From: the human T2T-CHM13v2.0 reference genome, Homo sapiens
Assembly: GCF_009914755.1 (NCBI RefSeq)
Contig: NC_060933.1
DNA: 64,000 bases
Direction: 5' to 3' (one strand)
The stretch's first letter is position 1, and each line of letters opens with the position of its first letter. Below the pieces are notes generated by a model that ran no database searches, was not told the origin of the DNA, and was given only the letters and a program-made list of their open reading frames with translations. Of this stretch, positions 46,154 to 63,500 are shown piece after piece. A program made the position numbers and the translations under genes.

Positions 46154-46593
46154 TATTTATTTCAGTCTGTCTTTCCACGTAACATTGTCAAACTCATAAA
46201 GATAGTCCTGATAATGTCCTTTATCACTGGGGCTTTCAAACAGAGTAAGGCTTGAATTCCTTATTCCTGCATTCAAATCCTTCTATCAGTAGCTCCAACA
46301 TTCCTCTCCAAACTTACGCTCTGCTAATTCCTTTCATATATCGTATCGTCAACAAAATGAACCACTTATTTTCCATACAAATCTTGAGCATTCTTATTTT
46401 GCTAATGCTATTCCCTCCATATGGAATTCTCTTTTCCATTTTTCTCATAATCCAGTTCTATTTGTTTTCCATGGCTGATACTACACACTACACACACCCT
46501 CGCTGAAATCGCTCTATTATTCCCCTCCACTAGAAATAATTTCTTGTTCTTCTGAATTCTGGATCACTCTCTCTTAGGTACTTACCTTTTTAA

Positions 46594-46638
46594 AACACAC
46601 AAACACACACACACACACACACAGACACACACACCCAC
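46594..46638. repeat. Imperfect (CA)n
   Basis: Direct reading. Confidence 0.9.
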
Positions 46639-46717
46639 ATCCCATACTATCAACTCCCCTAATAGACTGTAAGCTCATAAAAGTATAAAAGTCAGAGTCC
46701 ATGAATACTTTATCTCT

Positions 46718-47017
46718 GGCTGGGCACAGTGGCTCATGCCTGTAATCCCAGGGCTTTGGGATACCCAGGCAGGAGGATGGCTTGAGCCCGGCAGTTCAAG
46801 ACCAACCTGGGCAACACAGCAAGACTTGTCTCTACAAAATAATTTGTTTTTAATTAGCCAGGCATGGTGGCACATGTCTGTAGTCCTAGCTACTCAGCAG
46901 ACTGAATGGGAGGACTGGTTGAGCCTAGGAGGTTGAGGCTGCAGTGAGCCGTGATCACACCACTGCACTCCAGCCTGGGCAACAGAACAAGACCCTGTCT
47001 CAAAAAAATAATAATAA
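46718..47017 (+). mobile_element. AluJ
   Basis: J diagnostics. Confidence 0.9.
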
Positions 47018-47706
47018 TTGTATATATATATAACTTATACAAAAGATACATATTTATGCATAATTTATGTATATATATTTATTTACAAAATTGTATAGAA
47101 TTATTATATCTATATCTTTGTATATCCCCATGCAACCAGCATAGTGCTTAATAAGGACTCAAGATGAATAAATTAATAAGGATACTCATGAAGAAAAACA
47201 GAAATACAGCAAAAAGACGACTTCAAGGCGCATAATATTCCAAAGAAAAACTGAAATTAAAACTTTAAAAAAATTAAACCTTTTCCAAGTATAGACTACA
47301 ATTAATAAAATAGTTCATTCAAATACTCGGGTTCCTACTAAATGCCAGGCACTGTTCTACTAGGTGCTTGAAATCTACAGAAAACAAAACCAACAAAAAT
47401 CCTTGCTTTCATGGAGCTTATATCAGGTGGAGAAAAAAAGGCAATAAACAATATAAGCAAAATATATCATAAGTGAAATGGTTTAAAGTGGTATGGAGAA
47501 AAAGAGGATGGGAAAGGTTGGGTAAGGAGAACCAGAAATGGAGGAGCTGCCATTTTAATAGGGTGGTAAGAGAAGGCCTCACTGAAAATGAGAGACAAGA
47601 TGGAGCCAAGCAAATGTCTGAAAAACTGCATTCTGGACAGGGTAAACAACAAGTGCAAAGGACCTGAGACAGAAATATGCCTGGTATGTTAAAGAATCTG
47701 CAAGAA

Positions 47707-48069
<363 letters not shown>

Positions 48070-48608
48070 TCAGACAGCAAAGAAGGCATTCGATCACAGA
48101 AGGACTTGATAGGACTTTGTGTTTTACTCTGAGCAAGATGGGCAATCACTAGAGGGTTTTGACCAGAGAAGACAAAATCTGACTTATCTTTTTTAAAGGA
48201 TCATTCTTGTTACTGTATTAAGAATAGACTATAAGGAGGAAAGGGCAAAAAAAAAAAAAGGGGGGGGGATTACTGCAATAATTTGGAGAAGGTAATGTAG
48301 GCTTATGCCAGTGCAAGTGATGAGAAGTGGTCAGATTCTGGATATATTTTAAACAGAGCTGCTAAGATTTCCTAAGGGATCAGATGTAATGGGTGAGAAG
48401 AGTCAAGAATGTCTCCAGGTTTTGACCTGAGAAAATGGAAAGATGAAGCTGCTATTTACTGAGATATGGAAGATTATAAAAGGGACACGGGGAAGAGGAG
48501 ACAGGGTAAGTTCAATTTGAAATAAGGATAGAAGATATAAGAGATGTCAGGTAGGCAGTAGCATACACAAGCCTGGAGTTCCAGGCTAGAGATAAAAATT
48601 TGAGAGTC

Positions 48609-48924
<316 letters not shown>

Positions 48925-51900
48925 AGAGATCCCACGAGGCAGTCCAATATTAAGAGGTAGGTGTAATAAGGAAGAACCAAAAAAGAGACTATGAAGCCAA
49001 GTAGGTAGAAAAACCAGCAATCTGGTATCCTAGAAACCAAAGCAGAAAGTGTTTCACAAAAGGAAGCACCTATTTGTGCCAAACACAGCTAATAGGTCAA
49101 ATAAGAAATAAACTTCGTAGTCTTGACAGGTACAGTTTTCAGTAGAGTGGTGGGGTTAAAAATCTCACTAGAGTGGTTTCCGGAGAGAACATGAGAACTA
49201 AAGATGAACAGAAGAAACTTTTTCAAGAAGTTTTGCTGTAAAGGGGAGCAGAGAAATTGGGTAGCAGCTAAAAAAGGCACTGTGGTCAAGAAATGGTTGT
49301 TTAAAAAAAATAGATGAAATATAGTATGTGTGTGCCAACTGGAATGAGCCAGTAGACAGGGGAATAATGATGTTGCAGGAGAGAGAGAGACATCATTTCA
49401 GCTGTTAATAGAATTTCACTAGAAGAGTCAAATAACCCAATGAAGAAAAATTTCACTAGGCTAGTGGGCAATAATTCCAGAGTACTGTTACTCTTTGTGA
49501 TACTAAAGAAGGGAGGAAAGCAGCCCATAATTCTAATTCACATGTCACAGGAGGCTCAGAAGAGAGGCTGGACCACTTGCCAAGAACCTTTGTGTTAAGA
49601 TATTTTACATGTTATTTCATTTAAGCACAAAATAACTTCATGAGGCATTATCTTTATGTTACAGATAAGGAACCAGAAGCTCAGAGAGAGTAAATAATAT
49701 GCTTAACTCACAAAGCTGGTAAGTACTTTCTAAGAGGTATGTTTTAAATCCACGTCCTTCTGTGCAGAAGATAAGGAATTATTGTTAATTTAGGGGGTTA
49801 AAATAATGTTGTGGTTACGTGGTTTTTTTGGTTCTTATCAGTCAGAAATATATACTGAAGTATTTATGGATCAAAGTATATGATGTCTAAGATTGACTGT
49901 AAATTCCCTACCAAAAAAAAAGTAAAATGCAATTGTGAGTGAGGGCTGAGCAGCAAAATGCTGATAATTGGTGAAGCTGATTGATGGCTATATGGAAATT
50001 TACTGTACTGTTTCCACTCATATACATCTGAAATGTCCATGATGAAAAATGAAAAATAAAAATCCAGGTCCTTTTGAGTCTATCACTTCAAAGCCTGCCC
50101 TTAATTTCTGCTCACTTCCAAAAAAAGAAAATATGCTTTATAGCTTCCAAACAATTTTCTTATCTTCTTTAATCTTCAATATAACTCTGTAAATTAGGAG
50201 TATTATTCCTATTTCAGACTTAAGGAGAGAGATCTACAACTAGTAAATAGGATCAGATCTCATAGCTAAATCTTATAGTACCAATAACGTTCTTCTAATA
50301 CAGCAATTAAGGTTGCACACCAGGCACTGTGTGCATACCCATACTCCACCCAGTGCCAGTACTTTTTCTCAGATTCATTACTATCTCATAATCCTGGGAC
50401 TCTGAGCTTCCTGGGAGGACTAAGCATTATCCCATTCAGTCCATGAAAAGACTTGTGTACTCAACAGCTTGATTAAAAGAGGCAGATTTCAAATTTGCTC
50501 AGCCATCAATCTTCCTTGCCAAATTCAGAAACTAACATGAATTTGATATACAACTTCTCAGTGATCTGACAGTCTGCCAATCTCTGCTCTAAAGTGAACT
50601 CCTTGTGCCTCCATTTCCCTAAATGTAATATTCCATTGTTCACCTACATTATACAGCCATCACAGGGACCAAAGTTCAGGTATATGAACTCTGAGCTCTA
50701 GAAATAAAGGAACAATAATACTGACCAACTTCAAAAGTCAATGTTGTATAGTTCTAAAACATTTACCACAAAACTGGCAGAACAAAAAAATCACAGTTAG
50801 TACTTATTTTTAAGATACCGTATTTTTAAAAGCTTCATCACGATGTTTGCTATCTGTTCTTCTATGCTAACCCTGGCATTATAAGCTCATTCACAGCTTA
50901 CTTCAAAAACAACCGAAAATATTCACACCAAAGTCTTGAGATTTTATTCTCTCCAGCTTTTAATCATCAAAACTGCAACACTTTTCCCCTCTAGTTCACT
51001 ATCTTTGTGAGTTATTCAGAATTATTTAACTCAAGAGTTACCCAGTATCCAAAACTTCATTAGGTTAAAATTTAGGTTGCCTAAGCTATACAGAAGCCTA
51101 TGATTAGATGCAATGTTTAATGAGTTTCAGATTTACTTGAACTATAAACATCTTAAAAATGAACTGCCTCCATCTTAACTTTTACAAACCAACCACTTAT
51201 TTATTAGATCACTACCTAGCTGTCTTAAATTGTACTTATTTCCATTTAGGCTGACTAAACATAAGTAACCAGTTACAAACTCCATTTTCATATTAAGGGC
51301 CAATATATCTAGAGAAGGATCTATTCTTTACTCAAACCAGTATTATTGAAGCATACTAAGAAATCTTAGGTCTGGTACAAAACACACCTTTGAGCCTAAA
51401 TGTCAATTTATGCTTGCTGAATTAACTGGCAAAACGGGCTTAATAATGGCATACTAAAACAAGCATGGTAAGAAAAAAATAGAGACAGAGCCCTTTAGGA
51501 CAATTACTAGTCACTATATGTCAACAGCACTATATTGGTTAAATTAAAATCATAAACAAAATGCTGATCTGCCCAATAGGATATTGTGAAAAATCCTGGC
51601 ACCTGGAAAACTGCAAAGAACAGGAAATTCTGCAGGTGCAGTAAGAAACATCTTACCCATGACCCAGAAATGCCTCAGAATTTATTACACAACCTGCTGC
51701 AGAATTCTCACTTTTCAAGTGGAAATGAACCATGAAGTCACACAATGCAAGGCTGTGATTTTATTATTGATGTAATCAACTGTACCCTTTCAAGTTATGC
51801 TAAAGTTAACTAAAGAAAGCAGATGTTTTACACAGCGCTAGTTATGTCAGAAGTTAAGAGAATCTGAATACCAAATAAAATTTAGGACTGCTTCATTCAG

Positions 51901-52407
51901 CCACATGCACATGTGGAGAGTCTGTTGTGAGGCAGGCACTATACTTCTCAAATAGGATGCACTTAATGGACCCTTAGGACAAGAAATAATTCAAATTAGA
52001 CATGAAAATTACAAATCAGGTCACTTGGTCACCTCACTATTCAATGCAAGAACTAAAAGCTATATTAAAGATTAACACAACTTTCAGGCTCAAATCACCT
52101 AATTATCTACATCACCATTAATCTGGCCTTATTTACTTTACTTCTATTTTAACTGACACATACATTAAACTTACATCTCTCAATAAAGTTTTCTAAAATT
52201 AGACTCGATTCACTAGCCTCTTAGAATTACTAGTCAGAAACAGTTTCTGTAGCTAAACGAATTTTGAAAAACAACCAATCTTCCAATAAAAGGACCTATG
52301 CAAAACAAATGAAAACAGAAAAGCAGTAAAATGGGTAACAGTGTCCAAACATGTTACCTAAGAGAGTAAACTATTAGAGTAGATCACGTAGCAAAGAAAG
52401 ATCACTA

Positions 52408-52743
<336 letters not shown>

Positions 52744-53081
52744 TTACATTTTTGCTGTGTCAATCATGACCAACACCTGGAAGGCTCTTTACAACTTGTA
52801 AACCAAACACAACATTAAGAAAGCATTTAAAAATCATTCCCCCTCAAATAGAGCATTACCTGTCAAAGCATACGGAAATACCAAATGATGGGTAATTATT
52901 TGATAACTAAAACTTGAAAAAGGAAGGAGTATTCAGTAAATCAGAACAAGGAAGCTTGACGTCACTAGCAGAAGGGATAGCTCTATTTTTCTATTCCAGT
53001 CACTCAGTCAGTAATCAATTTTCTGCAAAATACATAGGAAAATGTATTATGTTTATTATTTCTGATATAAGAATTGAATTT

Positions 53082-53426
<345 letters not shown>

Positions 53427-55559
53427 TTAGAAACAATCTTGGGCTATAGCTAGAACCCAATGTCTCTCACAAGCTTCTGCTCAGGCTGAAGAATTCAAAC
53501 CAGCACTAACACTTAGCTGAGAAATTGGAAAGGTAAGCAGACAGCAAAGAATGAACAAACTTCAATTTGCAGACATCTCTTTCACATAAGTTTCATCTCT
53601 ATCCAACTTTCACACAACAAATTAATCCACCTAATGGTAAATTACGAAGTACTAACATTTGACCAGTCTAAAAACCACAGGGGAGAAAAAAGAAACTAAG
53701 TAACATCTATCCCCGTATTTACGTAGCTCCAGTCTTCCCGAAAGACTTAAACTTGTTTTATATAAACCACCTTGATTCTCATGGGAGATGGATAGAGTCA
53801 GATTTCTAGAGAAGAAACCAGCACAAAGGGATTAAATATCTTGTCCAGCAAGTCACCAGCGAAAATAAAACCAGAACCCAATTATTCAGCCTACAAAGCC
53901 TAAATAACCTGCTTTCCTTGGTTCGTAAACTTAGGATATCTAAAGTGCCTACAAATTGTCCCAATTCATAGAATTTCACTGAACAATACATATAATCCGA
54001 ACACTATACCAGAATTGAGTATTCTGAGCAAGAAAGTAGTGCGCACCCCAAGTCAATAAAATGAACACAATGGACTTAAGAAATATAAGGAGGAAACAAT
54101 GGCTATGTTGGAGAGAACTTTCAAAGCTCACTCTATTCATCTTATATCCTACTGCTCAAATTCTCTGCCAAAAAGCAAATGAGGTCAGACATGCTCCCTA
54201 TATTATATTGTATACATATATCAAATCTCAAAATACTCAGAGTTTCAATCGAAGGGACATTATACTCTAAAAATCTTTCCCTCCAAAAATAAAATCTTAC
54301 AGTAATGCCTTCAGAGCATTCTTTTGCTGCCATGACACACTTCAAATTTGGATTTTACGAATCATTTGCTTCCAGGTTTTTTTTTTAATATTTATATTAA
54401 CGGATTCCGATTACTTAAAATTTGGTGTTCTGCTCCGCCCTCATTATGTTTAGGCAAGATTCCCACTTCCACTCAAACTTATTATTCGAACATACAATGG
54501 CTGCATTAAGATACTTCCTAAATCGACAAAAGAAGAAAACTAATCAACCCAGAAAGCTCCCAAGCTACCAAAGCGAACCTTTTATTTGAAATCATACTAG
54601 GTACCACACTACACATTACGTGAAGCCCACAGAGTGATAATTGAAGTTATTTCTGCAACATGATGAAATTTATTTCTTAGCAAAATCTGACAAGACTTAA
54701 TTTTCAACTGTCAAAAGGGAAATCGTTTTCCAAGATTCTAGGAAACCTTGCTTACTGAAGCAGTCTCAAAGTAGTTTGCTTAATCCTTTCAAACCCCTAA
54801 GAATCTAACACAAGCCACAGAACAGTGAATGAGACTTGCACTGAAATAAATGTCTGTGTTCAAACCCCTAAAGGTTACTTCCCATGTGTTTGGCAAGCTG
54901 AAGGCCATATGTCCGCCCAACCCATAAGTGTCTTTCCTCAATAAAGCTAACATTACACTTCCCAACTCAAATCAAAATACCAGAGAATCCAAAAGCCTCC
55001 AACTAAATTTTACCTGAACCATTTGGGAGAAAAAGTCAACAATCCAGATCAGTTATTCACGCCTTGAAAGAGTGTTAAGAGTCAGAAAGCTCCAATTCTG
55101 CCACTTTTAGGAGCTAGGTGTACATTACTTCTGTCTGCCTATAGCATGGGACTCAGATATTACATCACCCCATGCTGCCTGAATACTGACCCATTACCCA
55201 GAAAGCACCAGGGTATCTGAGACACTGCACCAAGGTATCCCTTTCTTCCTCTCTTATGCATAGCCCTTGAATGCTACTGGCCACTGGGCCTGGTCTCTTG
55301 CAGTTTCACAAAGACATCTGCCCTGCACCTGCTGCAATCCCATTTCCATTCACTCTTGGTGCGCTCCTCGTGACCCTGTGTGGCCCTTCTGTCCACTCGT
55401 CAAACCAATATGCTAGGATGATACCCACTACACACCTCTCCCAAATTTGGGGATGTGCACTCAGCTCTCCCTTACCCCTTCCCCCTTCCTCATTTACTGG
55501 GTTCTGGAATTAAAAGCAGGCTCAACGATCTCTCTGACCCTAGGAGTATGAACTTTCAG

Positions 55560-57330
55560 ATATGACACTGAGTTTAATGTCCTCCACTTTCCATTAACAT
55601 CATTCCAGGATCCAGGTCCCCCCACCCCTCAATCTCCAGTTTCTCTCAGTATGGAATTTAATCCTCTCCATTTAGTTATTTTTCCAACTTCTGCACTCTG
55701 CCTGATCTTCCTTAGACTCTCAGTGACCTAAAAATCTTGGCCCCTTTCATCTCTCAAACTCAAAGTGTTCCAATCTCTCCCCATACTTCCACTCCTTGGA
55801 TCTTCCATACTCTCTTAAGCAACCTGTGTTCCTAGCTCTCTCCAACTTAAGCAGTCATTTCCTGCCCTAAACCTGGGCATCCTATTTCCCCCACCACCAC
55901 CACCACCACTCCAATCCATCACCTATGCCTTTCTAGTTACAGACATGTCCACATACACCTCTGCCTTGCCCTTCCCTTACTCCACTATAGGTATTAAGCA
56001 TTCTTCTACATCCTCTACCCCAAAATAGCCTGTCTACCTTCCTTCTTTCTCCCTACCTCCCTTCTCCCTACAGCACAAAATTCAGTGCCCCAAACCTGTG
56101 CTTCCCTCCCTCCACCTACTGTACTCCAGACCTGTCCACCTTCCCCTCCAGTCTATCCCGTTGTCCCCCTCTACTGATTTCGTTCTCACCCTCCCCTCCA
56201 CCTTCCTCCTCCCCAACCGCTCCACACTTCCCGCCTCAGAAATCTTTCCTTCCATTTGTCCCCACACTTTACCTGCCACTCCAAGAACACTTCCCTTTCC
56301 CCACCCCCTTTTGCCCTCCACCTCACACACTCCACGCCACCCCACACCTGTCCCTCTCCCCCAGCTCCTGCCCCTAACGTCCTCCAACACTTGCCAAGAA
56401 CCCCTCACCCTCCGTCCTACCTCAAAATTCCCTCTCTTGCTGATCCCACCTTCTTCCATACTTCCTGCATAAACACCCTCCATTTCACGCACTTCTCCCG
56501 CTATCCTTTAAATGCCCCACACACCTCCTGCTCTCCATCCCCATCACCCTTCTCCTACTGTCCCCACCTCTCTCTGCAAGCCCTCAAACTAAGTCTCTGC
56601 CCCAATGAACTTCCCCCTTCCACCCCATACTCCTCTTCCCTGAGCACCAGATACCTGCCTTTTTATCCTTACATGTCAACCCCCTCCCGCCTCCCTGCAG
56701 GCTCCCCTATACACCTGGCCACACACTCCCTCACACCCCTCGCAGGTCTCCTGGAGCCCCTGGGCCTACCCTTCATTTCCCTATCACCCCAGAAGCCTAG
56801 GCACCCTGCTCCCCTCCCTCCCTTTCAGGCGCTCCCTGCCTGCCCTCACTTCCCCCTGCCCCGACCCCCTCCTCCATCGTTCCCCTTCACGGGCGTCCCG
56901 GTGGCCTTCCTAATACCCGCCCCACTCCCTGCCCCTGGCACGCAGCGCTCCTTCCAGTCCTGCTCGAGTCCCCAGTCTTCTCCCTCCATTCCCACCCCAC
57001 TCGTCCCTGCCCTCCCCAAAAGCCCCCTCATTCCCTCTTGAACCCCACAATATAGTGCCCCCCCCCACCGGACGGAATGTCCTCCATCTCGCACTCGCCT
57101 GGCCCAGGGGGCCCCCCAAACCTGCCTGAAGGCTCTCCTCCTCCATTGGGCCGGATCCCTCTGCACCCCTATTTACCCCCAAATCTGCCCACACCTTCCG
57201 CCTGCCCCCCGAAGCCTCTCCCCAGCTCCTGCCCCCAATGTCCTCCAACACCTGCCCCGAGCCCCGAGCCCTCCGTCCCGGAAGACCTCCCGGCACCGCG
57301 TCCCCCAACCCTGCCCACGCCCTCCCCTGA
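55560..57330 (-). other. Long G-rich non-template strand (GC skew) at start of intron 1
   Basis: Plus strand is C/T-rich with many C3-C9 runs and few G. Confidence 0.8.
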
Positions 57331-57619
57331 TCGGCCGGGACCCCGTCCCCGCGAAGGTGAGGAAGGCTGCCCGCTGCCCTTGCCCGAAGCGGCCGGGGCA
57401 CCGCAGCGGCGGCGGCGGCGGCCACAATGCCGGAGCCGCGGGGCCGGGATTGCTCCCTGCTCTCCGCCTCGGCCGCCACCGCCGCCGCCGCTGCTAAGGA
57501 CGCACAACAAACAATGCGGGGCCCGGGCCGGCTCCGCCAACCGCCTCAACCGCCGCCTTAACCGCCGCCCGCCCGGGACGGCCCGCCGCGCAGGCGCCCG
57601 CCCCGCCGCCGGAGCCTAC

Positions 57620-57770
57620 CCGCGCCGCCGCGCTCTGCCCGCGCCCGGTACCCGCTCCCGCTCCGCCGCCGCCGCCACCTCGCCCGCTCGCGTCTCCGGC
57701 TCCTCTGCCCAGCGGCGGCGGCTGCGGCGGCTGCTGCCCTGGTGGCGCTCGCGGCTCCGGTCTCCGCTTC
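57620..57770 (-). other. STRBP: Non-coding exon 1 (5'UTR); TSS approximate
   Basis: GC/CGG-rich leader with no ATG, ending in donor GCGCGG|GTAGGC; lies just downstream of GC box, CCAAT and E-box. Confidence 0.8.
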
Positions 57771-57794
57771 GGCGGCGGCAGCGGCGGCAGCGAG

Positions 57795-57841
57795 CACGTG
57801 ACACCGTCGAGCGCGCCCATTGGCCAGGCCAGGGGGCGGGC
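57795..57841 (-). promoter_or_regulatory. Proximal promoter: E-box GTCACGTG (57795-57802), CCAAT (57819-57823), GC box (57832-57841)
   Basis: Exact motifs in typical order upstream of the minus-strand exon 1. Confidence 0.75.
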
Positions 57842-58036
57842 CCCGCGGCTGCTGGGGAACGGAAAGCCCGCCCCCTCGTTCGCCGCGCGCCCCCTCCACG
57901 CGCGTCCTGCCGCACCTGAGAGCGCCGGCCAGCGCCCGCCGCCGCCTTGCTGTGCCGCCGCCTGCGCCAAGTGCGCACCTGGGAGCGCGCAGGGAGCACT
58001 CGCCGCCGGCGGCCTTATGCACCTGCCAGCGGACGC

Positions 58037-58044
58037 TTACGTAA
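58037..58044. promoter_or_regulatory. TTACGTAA palindrome (PAR-bZIP/NFIL3 D-box type)
   Basis: Exact palindrome inside the CpG island. Confidence 0.5.
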
Positions 58045-58329
58045 ACTGCGTCCCCGCCTTCCTCCCGGCCCCAGGCCCCCGCTCGCTGCAGCACCTGAGC
58101 CCCGCTGCGCTAGCGGCGTAACTGCGGCGGAGCGGAGACGAGCTGCGCTGGGAGGCTAGCGAAATGCACGGAAACTTCGTAACTTCCGAACCTGGGAGCT
58201 GCGCCGAGCCGCGGCGGCTAGCCGCCTTCCCCGGGCCCCGCACCCCAGTGCGGGATGCCCCCCAACCCCAGCAGCCACACAAATGGAGTAGGCGTCGCAC
58301 TGCCTCCCGAGGTAGAGGGGCAGGCCAGT

Positions 58330-58525
58330 AGGCTTTGACTTGTGCCACCGCCCACCTACTTGCTGGCTGTGTGACCTTGGCCAAGTTACCAAGAACCGTT
58401 CTGAGCCTCAGTTTCCTCATCAGGAAAACTGGGACAATAATTCCAATTTAGGAGCTGTTGGGGAGATGGCATAAGACAATAGGTGTGAATCCTGGCACAC
58501 AGCAGTCGCTGAACAGAAGCTGCTA
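58330..58525 (+). mobile_element. MIR bordering the CpG island
   Basis: gctgtgtgaccttggccaagttac...ctgagcctcagtttcctcatc. Confidence 0.85.
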
Positions 58526-59875
58526 CAATCACCTCTCCTTCACCTGCCTATAATGAACCTCGCTGGGATTGAGTTTGGGCCCAGGACCTCTCTGACCTCC
58601 TTATGGTTGGGTCAGACTTTGGCTGAACACCTACCAGCTCTGTGCCAGGGGCGGCGCTGGGGAAGAATTAAAGGTTCGCTTTCTATTCTACAGTCCCTGG
58701 CCTCAAGTTCTTGGTGCCCAGCATTCTGCTTGCCAGTATACAGTCCCTGCTGTATACCGGGGGGTTTGCAGGCTGCAGGGATGCACTGGCAAATGAGACA
58801 ATGTCTTTGCCCTAAGACAATTCCCAGCCTGGAGCAGAAACGACCTGACCACTCAGTGCCAAGACAGAGGACCTTGAACAGCCCAGGGGTTGAGGAGGGA
58901 CTCCCCACAACAGCCCCCTTGGGGCCCCTTTTCATCTTTCTAACACACCAGGCTCAAATATTTTAACAGCTCTGTTTCATTCACAGAATAAAGTGTAAAA
59001 AACCCAATTTCAACTGAAAAGGCCTTGGTGATCTGGCCTTAAGCTTCAAGGTGCACGCCCTTCCCTTTGCCCCTCCTTCAGGCCAATGTGACCCTCCAGC
59101 CACACAGAACTACAGTACTGTTGTTTCCAGAGTATGCCCAGGTGTGTAGGAGCCTGAGTCTCCTGAGACAGATGCCAGGCCGCAAATCCCTTTCTAAACC
59201 CTCTCCCCACCTCTGACCACTCACACCTTCCTTGACCCTCCTGAAAAAAATCCTGGGTATCCTTATCAATCAGCTCAGAGTATATTCTCTGGAGATCCTT
59301 GGCTGCCTCAGACACATGGTCTAAGCTCCCTCGGCTTGAACATAGTCCTGTTAAGCTATATGTATTCTCATGGCACTAGATTGTAATTGTTTAGCTGTCT
59401 GTCTCCTCCCTGGTCTCTCAGTCCCTTGAGGACAGGGTCATCTTCCTGCCTAAGTGTGTTAGGGAAGACTACACGTGCACATGACATGAGATCATTAAAG
59501 CTGGGTTTTGTAGGATGCCCATAAGTATCAGAGGGAGAAGAGGCGCCACACTGTAAAGATCCAGATTCACTGCACACTAGCTGTGTGATCTTGGAAAATC
59601 AATCTCTCTAGTCTAAGTTTACTCATCTGCCAAGTGAGACTAATAGTATTGCATATTGTAGGGTTGTTAGAAGGATTCATTGCAACCGTATATCTAAGGC
59701 ACTCAGCACGGTGTCCAGCACTTGGTTACATTTTTAATTTTTTTAAAATAGAAGAACAGCATGGCATTAAGGATTCAATAGTATTTCTTGTTTCAATATC
59801 TTTATTGGGTTTGTAACTCCAAACACTGAGACAAAAGCATGCAAATTATATAAAAGGAAAGAAAGTAAAAAGTTA

Positions 59876-62932
<3,057 letters not shown>

Positions 62933-63469
62933 TCACCTAATCTCAACCAGTAATAATAACCCAAACTTTTCCTATGTATATATATTGTTCCAACCTTTTT
63001 TATGCATATAAATATATCTCTTTTACAAAGTGAGATTATTGTATGCCTTCTGTTTTGATTATTTTCACTTAATATAAAATGAATACACTTCCTTTTGTGT
63101 AACTAAATATTCTTCTGCATAATGTCGTATTTTAAGAAACATTTAATTAAACCAAGTACCTGTGTTGGGTATTTGGGTGCTTTCCAATATTTTCACTATT
63201 ATAAATAGGGGAAGGTAATAGACGTTGTAAAGCTCTTGAGTTCAGCGCACTTTGAAATCACACCTAAGTTCAAGTACCAGCACCCCCTGTTTTATCCATT
63301 TATTGCTCAAATATTTACTGAAAACCTATTACATGCTAGTTCCTAGGAATACAAAAGCAAGCAAACAGCTACCCTGCCCCAGCTGAAGGTGGGCTCTGGT
63401 CTAACTCCCAGTTCCGGGCTGTTGGTCCCAAGCTACACTGCCATCTATAGAAGGTGCTCACCTTCTATA

Positions 63470-63486
<17 letters not shown>

Positions 63487-63500
<14 letters not shown>

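Larger units (their letters stand above)
57070..58310. promoter_or_regulatory. CpG island / promoter
   Basis: Very high GC and CpG density against AT-rich, CpG-poor flanks. Confidence 0.95.

Noticed and set aside
57351-57362. Strong plus-strand donor AAG|GTGAGG (others at ~1381 and ~36069)
   Set aside because: Isolated motifs; no plus-strand exon or transcript can be supported from sequence alone
56082-58420. Long ORFs up to 280 aa over the CpG island and C-rich flank
   Set aside because: Low-complexity Pro/Arg/Ala/Gly translations on both strands, mostly non-ATG starts; explained by stop-codon scarcity in GC-rich DNA
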